From a virus (taxonomy: Duplodnaviria > Caudoviricetes): 64,000 nucleotides of DNA. The stretch is taken from IMG/VR virus record IMGVR_UViG_3300037501_000255, one strand, 5' to 3'. Position 1 is the stretch's first letter, and every line of letters begins with the position of its first letter. Below the pieces are notes generated by a model. It was not told the origin of the DNA. It made no database searches and was given only the letters and a program-made list of their open reading frames with translations. Made by a program: the position numbers and the translations under genes. This document shows positions 9,373 to 18,103 of this stretch, piece by piece.

Positions 9373-10914
9373 TCAGCCGCGTCGTGCCAAGACAACGCTA
9401 ACTCTAGGATATGATATATTACTTCCATTCATATATAATTGAATAGCTGTCCCTGCAGCCACGTCTACATTAAGAGTATTGGAGAATGCCTGAGTGGCCG
9501 CATTAACGGTAAGCGCAGCTCCGACCAGCGGAACTAGCCCGACGCGCACCTCGCCCGTCCACGTCGCCGCCGCCCGACACGAAAGACTCATGCCAACTAT
9601 AGTAGCATCAAATGGGACTATAAATGGTGCCACAGTTGAAGCTACACCATCATCATGATAGAAATACACATTTGATGCGTTGTGCACGTCACGAGCACCG
9701 CCCGTCATAACTGTACGTGGAGAGAGCCACTTGCCCCGTATGCCATCATAAACATATAATTCATACTCTGGTACTTTAACCCATAATTGTCCAGGATACG
9801 GCGCTGCCGGCGCACTTGCCGCAACAGTAGTTGAATTTACCTGCGCCCACGAGGCTAGCCCCGAACCATCTCCGCGCAAAAAATAGCCATCTACTGCACC
9901 GGTAGGCATCTGAAAAGCTGTAGTTCTGGTTAATCCTATAACATCAACTGCGGCAGTTGGAGAAAGTGTGCCAACGCCTATGCTGGCAGCAGCCAAGATA
10001 TTATCAGCAAATGTCTTTTCTCCAAATACAGTTTCATCCTGATTCTGATTTACATAATTATCATCAGCAAACTCTAAACTAGAATCATTCAAAAACTCGG
10101 GGTCTTCTTGATATCCTGATGGTAATGGCACTCCTGCAGGCAGCTCAATTAAGTAAAATACTCTGCATGATAGCGAAGATTCCGGCGCAGCATTAAGTAT
10201 GACTGTTGTCCCAATCTGAGATGTTACCTTAACTCTATTTGACGGCAAATATTTGGCCGGAATAGACAATGTTGTTGTCGGAGGCGCGGCGCTGTCTGCA
10301 CTTAGCACTATAACAGCAGTATCATTTATAAGATATGATGGATTAAACGCCAGCCCAGTTCCATTTTGAAAATTTGTTAGAGTAAGACTGGTTGAAACTG
10401 GCGCTGAAAAGTCCTGATACTGCCATATTTTTATTGGTGGTTTAACATTGCCGGCAAATAGTAACCAATCTTCCTTAGTAAGATAACCATCCGCAGTCGC
10501 GCTGGCGGGTGGTATGCTTAGCGCTCCGCTATTAATTTGTAGCGGAGGGGTCGCTGATGCTATTGCGGGTGCTATCCAAGAAAACTTATCATCATCTACG
10601 GCCGAAGGTACTGCCCCAGGAAAATAAGCATTGGTAGAATTGATATTTCGTGGACCTACTATTCCATAGTAGAAGCTCGCCAGAACAAGACGACGTATTA
10701 CGAGAGTCTTTTTAATTACGACTTCATTATATAGATCTCCCCATGGCTTTTCTAGGCCTTTGAGAATAAGATCTTCATATAATGTATTAGGATCTACTTC
10801 GTCAAATAGCTCAACTACTTGACCGGGCAGAATCGTAGTAAGGCCAAGCAGACGTACGGCCTTGTTCGAGATATTCTCTATTACTAGACTGGGCCTGTAG
10901 AACGGTACAGTCAA
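9373..10914 (-). CDS. Fiber-like virion protein (paralog of 10929..12425)
   Basis: Shared segments IENISNKAV..., GYLTKEDWLLF, IKIWQY, ETVFGEKTF and GQLWVK..LYVYDG.R..WLS, plus the same C-terminal domain. Confidence 0.7.
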   Translation of the reverse strand: MTVPFYRPSLVIENISNKAVRLLGLTTILPGQVVELFDEVDPNTLYEDLILKGLEKPWGDLYNEVVIKKTLVIRRLVLASFYYGIVGPRNINSTNAYFPGAVPSAVDDDKFSWIAPAIASATPPLQINSGALSIPPASATADGYLTKEDWLLFAGNVKPPIKIWQYQDFSAPVSTSLTLTNFQNGTGLAFNPSYLINDTAVIVLSADSAAPPTTTLSIPAKYLPSNRVKVTSQIGTTVILNAAPESSLSCRVFYLIELPAGVPLPSGYQEDPEFLNDSSLEFADDNYVNQNQDETVFGEKTFADNILAAASIGVGTLSPTAAVDVIGLTRTTAFQMPTGAVDGYFLRGDGSGLASWAQVNSTTVAASAPAAPYPGQLWVKVPEYELYVYDGIRGKWLSPRTVMTGGARDVHNASNVYFYHDDGVASTVAPFIVPFDATIVGMSLSCRAAATWTGEVRVGLVPLVGAALTVNAATQAFSNTLNVDVAAGTAIQLYMNGSNISYPRVSVVLARRG

Positions 10915-10928
10915 CGCTCACCGCCCTG

Positions 10929-12425
10929 TCAGAGGCTCTTTCTAAATATCGCCTCAATTTTTGGTTTATCTATCATGTGACCATTTACAAAAAATTGTAT
11001 TCGATCACCTAGATTGAATTGTACGTTGAGATCTACTCGAAATCCACGTCCATCCTCACCAACCCCAATTGCAGCGCCAGGAACCAGAGAGTTATTTACA
11101 TGAATTTCAGCCGTCCACACAGAGCCGCGCTCGCTTGAGGCGACTAGACCGACCAAAGTGCCCTTGAAAGGCAGTATATCGCTCGTAGAGCCGCCTCCGT
11201 GCGTGAGGTAGGCGTGCGCAAGCAGTTGCGGGGACCATGCACTCATAGAGCGTTCTGCGACGCTTAGCCAGCACGACCGGGTACCATCATAAACATATAG
11301 TTGGAATTCAGGAGATTTTACCCACAGCTGTCCATTATAACAACTGACTGGCGGACCATCAGATACTAGTGGGTTAGGTTGCCAGCTACCATGACCCATT
11401 GCGGAAGATGTTAGGGAGTAGTTGGCCTGCGGGGAATCCTTTAAGACTATAGAGTGCGCCGTTACAGGTCCGCCGACCACTAACTCTCCTACGATTTTCT
11501 GATTGGCTTCAAATGCCACATCAGACTTAAATGTTTTAGCTCCCTTTATGAATTCTGTTTTAGAGCTATTTAGATCAATAAAATCAAAGTATTCTGCGCG
11601 TACTTTACGTACATAGTCAGGAGCGCCACTGTATGAAGCAGGTATTTCAGTACCAGCAGGTAGGGCAACTAAGAAGTATAGCCTACACTCTTCAGTTGGA
11701 GAAGGTGCGCGATCTAGGACAACCTCATCTCCAACATGCTGTATAACAACGATACCGCCATTACCAGAAATACGATTCCACAGGGAACGACCAGGCGCTT
11801 CATTATCAGACTTTCGCACAACCACGGCGCTACCACTAACAATAGATCCTGCATTAAAAGGGATATTAATATCGCTAAATGATGCAATCTTGCATCTTAC
11901 ACCAGGATCTAGCGGAAGATCGCAATATTGCCATATACGAAATCCGGTAGTAATGTTGCTAAACATTAGCCAGTCTTCTTTGCTAAGGTACCCCGATGTA
12001 TGTGCTCCAGCACGCTCCATACGCAGAACATCACCATCACGTACCAGCGGCGGGTCGACATCTACATGCCCTCCGCCACCACTAACCCATTTCAAATCCT
12101 TGCCATCAAAACCCACAACCTTTCCGCGCTCAGGCGCATTCACTGTGCGGATATGGCCACTATCAATCTGAACATTATCTAATGAGGCTAATCTGAAATC
12201 ATGGATAATAATCTTTTTCTGCAACACACTAAAAACATACAGCTCGCCATTTGGTGAGCGCAGCGCATCAATGACCCGAGCCTCACTTAGAGTTGGGATA
12301 GATTTGAATAGATCTGTGCGTGCACCTGGATGTAGTCGGTAGCTGCCAAACAGGATAACATCCTTACTTGACACGTTCTCAACATGAAAAAATACTTCTG
12401 TAAAAGCTACCATGCCACGCTCCAA
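10929..12425 (-). CDS. Fiber-like virion protein (paralog of 9373..10914)
   Basis: Collinear similarity with 9373..10914 across the whole length (VENVSSKDV, GYLSKEDWLMF, FRIWQY, GQLWVKSPEFQLYVYDG). Confidence 0.7.
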   Translation of the reverse strand: MERGMVAFTEVFFHVENVSSKDVILFGSYRLHPGARTDLFKSIPTLSEARVIDALRSPNGELYVFSVLQKKIIIHDFRLASLDNVQIDSGHIRTVNAPERGKVVGFDGKDLKWVSGGGGHVDVDPPLVRDGDVLRMERAGAHTSGYLSKEDWLMFSNITTGFRIWQYCDLPLDPGVRCKIASFSDINIPFNAGSIVSGSAVVVRKSDNEAPGRSLWNRISGNGGIVVIQHVGDEVVLDRAPSPTEECRLYFLVALPAGTEIPASYSGAPDYVRKVRAEYFDFIDLNSSKTEFIKGAKTFKSDVAFEANQKIVGELVVGGPVTAHSIVLKDSPQANYSLTSSAMGHGSWQPNPLVSDGPPVSCYNGQLWVKSPEFQLYVYDGTRSCWLSVAERSMSAWSPQLLAHAYLTHGGGSTSDILPFKGTLVGLVASSERGSVWTAEIHVNNSLVPGAAIGVGEDGRGFRVDLNVQFNLGDRIQFFVNGHMIDKPKIEAIFRKSL

Positions 12426-12462
12426 TGTCCATATATACCACGAGGATATTGGTATGGCAAAA

Positions 12463-12470
12463 TATTAGTA
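12463..12470 (-). promoter_or_regulatory. TACTAATA intergenic motif
   Basis: 4 nt after the stop of 12475..13680 and about 38 nt before the next start. Confidence 0.35.
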
Positions 12471-12474
12471 TTTT

Positions 12475-13680
12475 TCAGGCTATGTCGAGCTCGTAGATCT
12501 TGGACCCGACCCCATACATTCTGTAAACACCTGCCTGTAAAGCAATCTCGCGCTCGCTTTTTTCTCCAGAAGCACGGTATTTGAATCTATGATACCTAGA
12601 TATTCCATCAGTATAGTAATAATCTGGTTTTGTATGGCCAACTTCGGAAAACCCACTAACCACATACACATTGCCAGTACCATAGCGCAAATCAGAATAT
12701 GACAGAATTTTTCTGTACCTTCCTGATAGCTCAGCCTTTACCGCCGCCAGTAGTTTACTAAACCCACCCATAACAGAGTGTCCTCGGAGCACTGCGAATC
12801 TTGCAATCTCAATAGTCTCTAAATACTTCTTGGTAAAAGGCTGTCGCATAGAGATTGCTGCGACGATCTGATCCGCATGCTGCAATCCCAGATAAAGCTG
12901 TCCGGCGGTATGTCCGGATATATGATTATATTTGAAAAATTCTGCTGCCGATTTGGCAGTTAGCGTAACCACATCACACCGCCTCGCCGCAATCTTCACC
13001 AGACCAGGCATGCCGGCCTTTGCAATAATCATAGACTTAATCAGATCTCTATTTGTGAGAAGCTCATCCATAAAAAACACAAGTGCTGTATATCCACCCT
13101 GTGCAGCTCTATAGAAATCTCTTGCTAAGAAACGGTACTGTGAGAAATATGTTGAGTTTGGAATTATGAGGATTATTGTCTGACCATTAGATACGATCCC
13201 GGTATCCTGGTCAAAATCAAAACCTATTTCATTAGCAAATTCGTTAATTATAGGCATATGTGCGGAGTAAAGACCAACCAAGCTTTTTAAAGTGCGGCAA
13301 ATATCTACCAGCTGCACTGCGGCGGCGTCAATGGACCGAATCTCCCTAATCACACGCCGTGCCCGACCAGCACGACTTAGAGAGTATGCCGCTCGACTCC
13401 TTCTGTTAGAATTAATCTCTGACGGATCTATAAATCTCCGCAGCACGCGACTAACAGTCATCTTATTACTAAAGATTATGTCGGGATGCGACGAAATCTG
13501 TTCGACAGTAAGCCCCGACCTATACAGGTCAACGCACATCCGCTCATTCCTCAAATACTCGGAATGATGGTGGACTCGCACATGCTTTGAAATGTACACA
13601 GATTGCTTTCCACAAATACGACACACTACACTCGCCTCCACGTATATCCTCCATGGCTTTTTCTCCGTCCCAGACAACAA
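12475..13680 (-). CDS. Zn-finger/HTH protein with Hef-like putative homing endonuclease C-terminal domain
   Basis: N-terminal CRICG...KHVRVHH (C2H2) and an HTH. The C-terminus FFKYNHISG...EIARFA...GGFSKLL...ILSYSDLRYGTGNVY..GF...HTKPDYYY resembles phage Hef-like proteins (family from recall). The likely start is GTG at 13626, with GGAGG upstream. Confidence 0.6.
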   Translation of the reverse strand: MLSGTEKKPWRIYVEASVVCRICGKQSVYISKHVRVHHHSEYLRNERMCVDLYRSGLTVEQISSHPDIIFSNKMTVSRVLRRFIDPSEINSNRRSRAAYSLSRAGRARRVIREIRSIDAAAVQLVDICRTLKSLVGLYSAHMPIINEFANEIGFDFDQDTGIVSNGQTIILIIPNSTYFSQYRFLARDFYRAAQGGYTALVFFMDELLTNRDLIKSMIIAKAGMPGLVKIAARRCDVVTLTAKSAAEFFKYNHISGHTAGQLYLGLQHADQIVAAISMRQPFTKKYLETIEIARFAVLRGHSVMGGFSKLLAAVKAELSGRYRKILSYSDLRYGTGNVYVVSGFSEVGHTKPDYYYTDGISRYHRFKYRASGEKSEREIALQAGVYRMYGVGSKIYELDIA

Positions 13681-14684
13681 AGAGAAACTTTGTTAGGCAT
13701 AAATCCATCCAATAACGTAGATGCAGTATCAGGGTACTCCTTCTGCTCGCCCGTCTCAATAGACGTTCCAATTACCCGGCCTTTACTACGCTGCGGAGCA
13801 ACAAGTGACTGGCTGAGAGGAGAATCTCCCCACTCCCAAAAACAGCCTTTATGCGTGCGGCGCGTGCCCTCACAGCACGAAATGACATTCCCTACCGAGT
13901 AACCGTCGCCAGAGACGGCAGATACCATTGGATACAGAAATACAGTACCATCCGAACAAGATATTCTGCGGACACACCTCCCGCTGACCTTTCGACGCCT
14001 TGGCGCCTTTTTAGGCACAACGGCACTAGAAATTTCATTATTGAAACTCCATAAATAACCATTATGAGATTTAAGCTGCGACCGACAGCACGCATACACA
14101 CTGCTATATGTGGCTCCCGGCGTGTTACGCACGGCCGCAGAGATGCTGTCAAAAATGCACTGGTTACCACCATCTAAATCACTTCTAATTATACTACAAG
14201 ATATCCTAGTAGTTATAAACTTTGGACTTGTACCATCAGCAAATTGCCACAAGTACCCGCGATGACTTGCCATATGTCCATGGCAGCACGCCGTAATACT
14301 ACCCTCGTTAAACCCTTCTAGGGCCGCTAAGTCACGCGTAGCGAATTCTACAGATTCGCCGGTTTTCATATCGATACGAACAATAGGCCTATTCGGCGGC
14401 GGATTAGGAGCATTAACGTCTTTAGATATATTGTATTCAGGCTGAATAGTATCTATATAGAACTGCTCGAGATCAAAAAGATTGGTTGTATCACACTGCT
14501 CAATAACTTCAAACACAAAAGCACTGGGACCGTATTTTTCCCATGCAGATTGAAGATACCTTGAGTGATGCTTGCCGTTCCGCAAATCGCGCCTGTGGCA
14601 TTGCCACCTAGATTTTATGTTGTTAGACGAGCCTATGTAGCAATGTCCAGATAATACATTGTATATTATATAGATGCCAATCAC
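13626..14684 (-). CDS. Free-standing GIY-YIG homing endonuclease with four NUMOD1-like repeats
   Basis: GIYIIYN...CYIGSS..IKSRW..H...L..GKH..YLQ..W.KYG..AFVFEVIE is the GIY-YIG domain. Four repeats of I..CC.G...SH.GY.W follow. Confidence 0.9.
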   Translation of the reverse strand: MIGIYIIYNVLSGHCYIGSSNNIKSRWQCHRRDLRNGKHHSRYLQSAWEKYGPSAFVFEVIEQCDTTNLFDLEQFYIDTIQPEYNISKDVNAPNPPPNRPIVRIDMKTGESVEFATRDLAALEGFNEGSITACCHGHMASHRGYLWQFADGTSPKFITTRISCSIIRSDLDGGNQCIFDSISAAVRNTPGATYSSVYACCRSQLKSHNGYLWSFNNEISSAVVPKKAPRRRKVSGRCVRRISCSDGTVFLYPMVSAVSGDGYSVGNVISCCEGTRRTHKGCFWEWGDSPLSQSLVAPQRSKGRVIGTSIETGEQKEYPDTASTLLDGFMPNKVSLCCLGRRKSHGGYTWRRV

Positions 14685-14757
14685 AATAATTATTATTGGC
14701 TTGTAACGTTGGATGGACTTTAGATATATAAATCAGCACAATGTTACAAGCAAAATA

Positions 14758-14785
14758 AAACGCGCAGGGCGAAACCTGCGCGTTT
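14758..14785 (-). terminator. Rho-independent terminator after the major capsid gene
   Basis: On the minus strand AAACGCGCAGG-TTTCGC-CCTGCGCGTTT forms an 11-bp stem, followed by TATTTTG. Confidence 0.8.
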
Positions 14786-14816
14786 CACTGCTGCCTTTTG
14801 GCAGCTAATTCAGCTA

Positions 14817-17800
14817 TCAGCCGGATGTGACGCTCTTACGACCAGCGGCAACACCACGCGGGTTAAGCACGCTGACACCGATAATTTCGCTCACAACCCA
14901 TCCCAACATCAGACGTTTTGGTTCATCAGCCGGAAGTGTCTCGATGTCCTGGCGAACTGGCATGACACCAACGAATTCCGGATCAGCGCAGGCGAAGACG
15001 GTACCCGGGGTAACGATCTTGCTCACGATGATATCGGCTCCGAAGATGCGGCCGTAAAGACCGGTCTGGAGAATTTCGCGGTGGGTTACCGGATCCACAT
15101 CGGCAACGCCAGCACCGTTCTGTGAGGACCACATACGGATGTCGTTTAGCTCGAAAATGTTCATGAAGAACTTCGTGGTTACGAGGTCCCAACGATCAAC
15201 CTGTGTAGCGATCTCAACGAGGTCGCGACGGGTTAGACCGCCATCAATAATATCCTGAGCGGTGTTTTCACCACCGAGTGAGGCGTCAGCAGCGAAATCA
15301 AGCGCTGCGAAAACGTTTGCGTCTTCTTGAGCTTGGCAGCTCTGTTAATCTCCAATCGCTTGGAGTGTCGGACTATACCTTCTGCTATTTTGTAGCAGCA
15401 CCATTTGTAGTCTCTGAGGGGACTAGTTTATACAACATACTAGGAACAACAATATTCCTTAACATGTCTGAAAGTTGCACGGAAGATTTCCTATCAAACG
15501 CAATTTCGTAACTAACTTCATTAGCAGTTGTGCGTTTTGAAATCCACGTCTTTAGCCCAAACTTGCGATTCAACATATCTCTTAATGCATTGACCTCATC
15601 TTTTGTAAATGAGTTTGTGTATAAGATATTTCGTTTGCAAGTACCTGTCAGCGAGCCATCATCCTGCAACCATACTGCTAAAGATATGATGTTAAAGTGT
15701 TCATTTATGAAATTCATATCTAAACTCTTTTTACCATTCTTATAAAATGCATGATATAATTGAAAGAATGCTGGGTGACTAACTGTGCTAAATGTGTATG
15801 AGTGATATACTTTATCGCCATTTCGATGTTGAGCTTGTCTTGGATATTTATTTGGATCCGGCAACCAATCCTTTAATGCCTCAAAGAGCCAAAATAAGTA
15901 CTCGCGATGTTTCGCTGACTGCTCAATTATTAATGACGGGTAAGTTTGAGAACCATCTCTAAGTCTAAGGTGACCATCGCCTAGTAAAAGACCAACAATA
16001 AGATTAACCTCTTGCTCGTCTAGTCTGGCTTTCGGATGACGCTCATACTGCTCGATTGCCTTAATCAAATACTTATTTCTAAGTCTGTGAACTTGTCCGA
16101 GTGTTAAGTCGAACTTGTCGGCAATTTCGCTATCTGAAAACTTCTTTACAACATATAGTTCGTGAAGTTTTTCGTAAGAAAGTATATCTTCAACCTTCAT
16201 TTTATCTATCCCCTGCTGATTGTCCCATACTGTTTAGATTTTTACTCGATTTATCGGTACTAAACAGCTTCGAGGATTTCCAGCATAACCTGGTATTTTA
16301 ACGGAGACCCAAGGTCAGTTGATCTCCTGGCGAGCCTTCTGAACGGCACGGTCAATAACATTGAACCGGCGCATCTTGACTTCGCGAATGCGCACAACCG
16401 GGTTCGAAACGATTTCGAATTCCGGAACGTGTACGCGGTCGCCGCGAACTTGTGACTCTGGTGCTGAACCGTTGGCGGAAACAACAACAGCGGCCACGTC
16501 GATATCGCGGTCATAAACAGCTAGCGCTCCGTTTGGTACAAAATGTTACTCTCTTTTCAGAGGGGCTAGTCATTTCTGCCAGCCTCTGCATATCGCTATG
16601 CAGGTCAGACTATATCACCTTCTACTTTGTAGAAGCTTCGCATGTAGTCGTTGAGGAACGGTTCATGATTTTATATTGCATAGATGGTATTACGAAATCT
16701 CTCACTATATCCGATATAATCTGCGTATTTCTTTTATTGAAAGATAGGAAGTAGTACTTCTTTTTATTCCTAGTATATTCACGCACATTACCATTTACAT
16801 TGAAGTTAATTTTGATTGCCTGTAACAATCTCATATTTTCTTTTAGTGTAAATGAATCGGTTTGCAATCTTAAGTTGACACCTTTATTTAAGGAGCCATC
16901 ATCCATAATCCAAACTGCAAGAGCAGGGGGAGTGAGCCACATTTCGATTTCATTAGGAACTATCTTAACAGAGTTCCTATAAAACACATCTCTTAGAACA
17001 TTAAACTCAATATGTGTTATCGTATTGAATTCAGTGTACTCAAATCCGGTCCTGGGGTCAATCCTATTCCGAAGCTCGAGGCTTATTGGAGTAAGTTGTT
17101 CATGTAACCATTTAGATAATTCGTTCTGCTTTTTACAGTGCGATATCATCAACCTGGCTAGGCGACCATGTTTAGCTATATGGCCATCCCCAAGCATTGT
17201 GCCCCAAACCAATTCCTTTTGAAATCTGGTTAATTGCACTTTTTTACGCATTTCAAAATTGCGCTTAGCATGATTTCTATCAATGCCAAGTTTTTTTAAT
17301 TTGCGTAGGACAGAAGATTTGTTTACGTTAAAGTGGTTCGCAATCTTACGACTGGACCAGCGCTGATTAACGTAGAGTTCGATCAACTCATTCTCTGCTA
17401 TCATTTTACCTTTCCTGCTGATTGTCTGCATCGTCAACTGATTTTCACTTACTCTTTTAAGCGATCCCGAGCGCAGTGCCACGAGATATATGTTTGAGTC
17501 AGTACAGTTGAATTCCCAGAGTTTCCAGCATACAGCGAAATTTTCCTGAGGGTTAGCTCAGGCCGCTACCATTAACGGGTCAACAACGAGCGCACGGCGA
17601 GCAACACCTTGATAATCAAGGTTGCGACGGATCGGGAGAGCCATCGCTTGGCCGAGAGCAATCTTGCCTTCAGTCGTCTGAAGAGCGCGCTTAACCATGT
17701 CGTCCTTCTGCTGTTCAGTGTAGGACGGCTTGCCAGCTAGGGACTGGTTCGCGCTCATATGGTTCTGAATAACACTTGCATACTTGGCAAGGTTAGAGAC

Positions 17801-17860
17801 TGCATCTGCAACGGACGTCGCATTCATCTCTCCCTTGTCATTAAAAAGACCTGTAGTCAT
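14817..17860 (-). CDS. Major capsid protein (340 aa after splicing; exons 17575..17860, 16322..16538, 14817..15336)
   Basis: The exons total 286+217+520=1023 nt, in frame. The junctions give ...RRALVVDPL|PNGALAVYDRDIDV... and ...RAVQKARQEI|QAQEDANVFAAL..., ending ...RQDIETLPADEPKRLMLGWVVSEIIGVSVLNPRG, a capsid-like sequence. It lies downstream of the protease/scaffold and decoration genes. Confidence 0.88.
15337..16321 (-). mobile_element. Group I intron 2 in the major capsid gene (985 nt)
   Basis: The 5' exon ends in U (GGAGAU) pairing with IGS GUCUCC, P10 CUUGG pairs with 3' exon CCAAG, and the intron ends in G. Core motifs: P AUGCUGGAAAU, Q AAUCAGCAGG, R CCUCAGAGACUAC, S GAAGGUAUAGUCC. 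P7 is GACUA/UAGUC. Confidence 0.92.
15385..16200 (-). CDS. Intron-encoded LAGLIDADG homing endonuclease with N-terminal HTH
   Basis: Two LAGLIDADG motifs, LIVGLLLGDGHL and LAVWLQDDGS, inside intron 2. Confidence 0.9.
   Translation of the reverse strand: MKVEDILSYEKLHELYVVKKFSDSEIADKFDLTLGQVHRLRNKYLIKAIEQYERHPKARLDEQEVNLIVGLLLGDGHLRLRDGSQTYPSLIIEQSAKHREYLFWLFEALKDWLPDPNKYPRQAQHRNGDKVYHSYTFSTVSHPAFFQLYHAFYKNGKKSLDMNFINEHFNIISLAVWLQDDGSLTGTCKRNILYTNSFTKDEVNALRDMLNRKFGLKTWISKRTTANEVSYEIAFDRKSSVQLSDMLRNIVVPSMLYKLVPSETTNGAATK
16539..17574 (-). mobile_element. Group I intron 1 in the major capsid gene (1036 nt)
   Basis: The 5' exon ends CCGU pairing with IGS GCGG, P10 UGGUA pairs with 3' exon UACCA, and the intron ends in G. 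Core motifs: P AUGCUGGAAAC, Q AAUCAGCAGG, R CCUCAACGACUAC, S GAUAUAGUCU. P3 is UUCGC/GCGAA. Confidence 0.92.
16622..17482 (-). CDS. Intron-encoded LAGLIDADG homing endonuclease with N-terminal HTH
   Basis: Motifs LVWGTMLGDGHI and LAVWIMDDGS. The likely true start is ATG at 17404 (MIAENEL), just after the Q motif. Confidence 0.9.
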   Translation of the reverse strand: MALRSGSLKRVSENQLTMQTISRKGKMIAENELIELYVNQRWSSRKIANHFNVNKSSVLRKLKKLGIDRNHAKRNFEMRKKVQLTRFQKELVWGTMLGDGHIAKHGRLARLMISHCKKQNELSKWLHEQLTPISLELRNRIDPRTGFEYTEFNTITHIEFNVLRDVFYRNSVKIVPNEIEMWLTPPALAVWIMDDGSLNKGVNLRLQTDSFTLKENMRLLQAIKINFNVNGNVREYTRNKKKYYFLSFNKRNTQIISDIVRDFVIPSMQYKIMNRSSTTTCEASTK

Positions 17861-18048
17861 GTAATATCTCCTGTAGATATAGTTTTTACTTACTCTTACT
17901 TAACCTTCCTATACTATCCTGGAGGTTTCTTATTATCACCTGTGCAATCACTGCATGTGGTTTTGAATTATGGCAGTTAGCACTGCCTATAACATTGAGA
18001 TGTGTAAAATTTACATCTCGTAGACTATTTACATTTATGCATAGAAAA

Positions 18049-18080
18049 AATTGTGGAGCGGGTCGCCCCACTCCACAATT
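18049..18080 (-). terminator. Rho-independent terminator after the decoration gene
   Basis: On the minus strand AATTGTGGAGTGGG-GCGA-CCCGCTCCACAATT forms a 14-bp stem with a GNRA loop, running into a T-tract. Confidence 0.85.
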
Positions 18081-18103
18081 AAACCTAACTTATACACTAA
18101 CTA

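Noticed and set aside
8018-12425. Diversity-generating retroelement acting on the shared fiber C-terminal domains
   Set aside because: The copies are highly diverged at all bases, there is no near-identical TR/VR pair with adenine-specific differences, and there is no reverse transcriptase in the window.
14699-14750. 9-bp inverted repeat GCTTGTAAC/GTTACAAGC upstream of the GIY-YIG gene as an operator
   Set aside because: It is a single occurrence with a long AT-rich spacer and no matching site elsewhere, so the support is too weak.
15385-17860. Capsid fragments as pseudogene pieces or a programmed frameshift
   Set aside because: Complete group I core motifs and exact P1/P10 pairings explain both interruptions and restore the frame.
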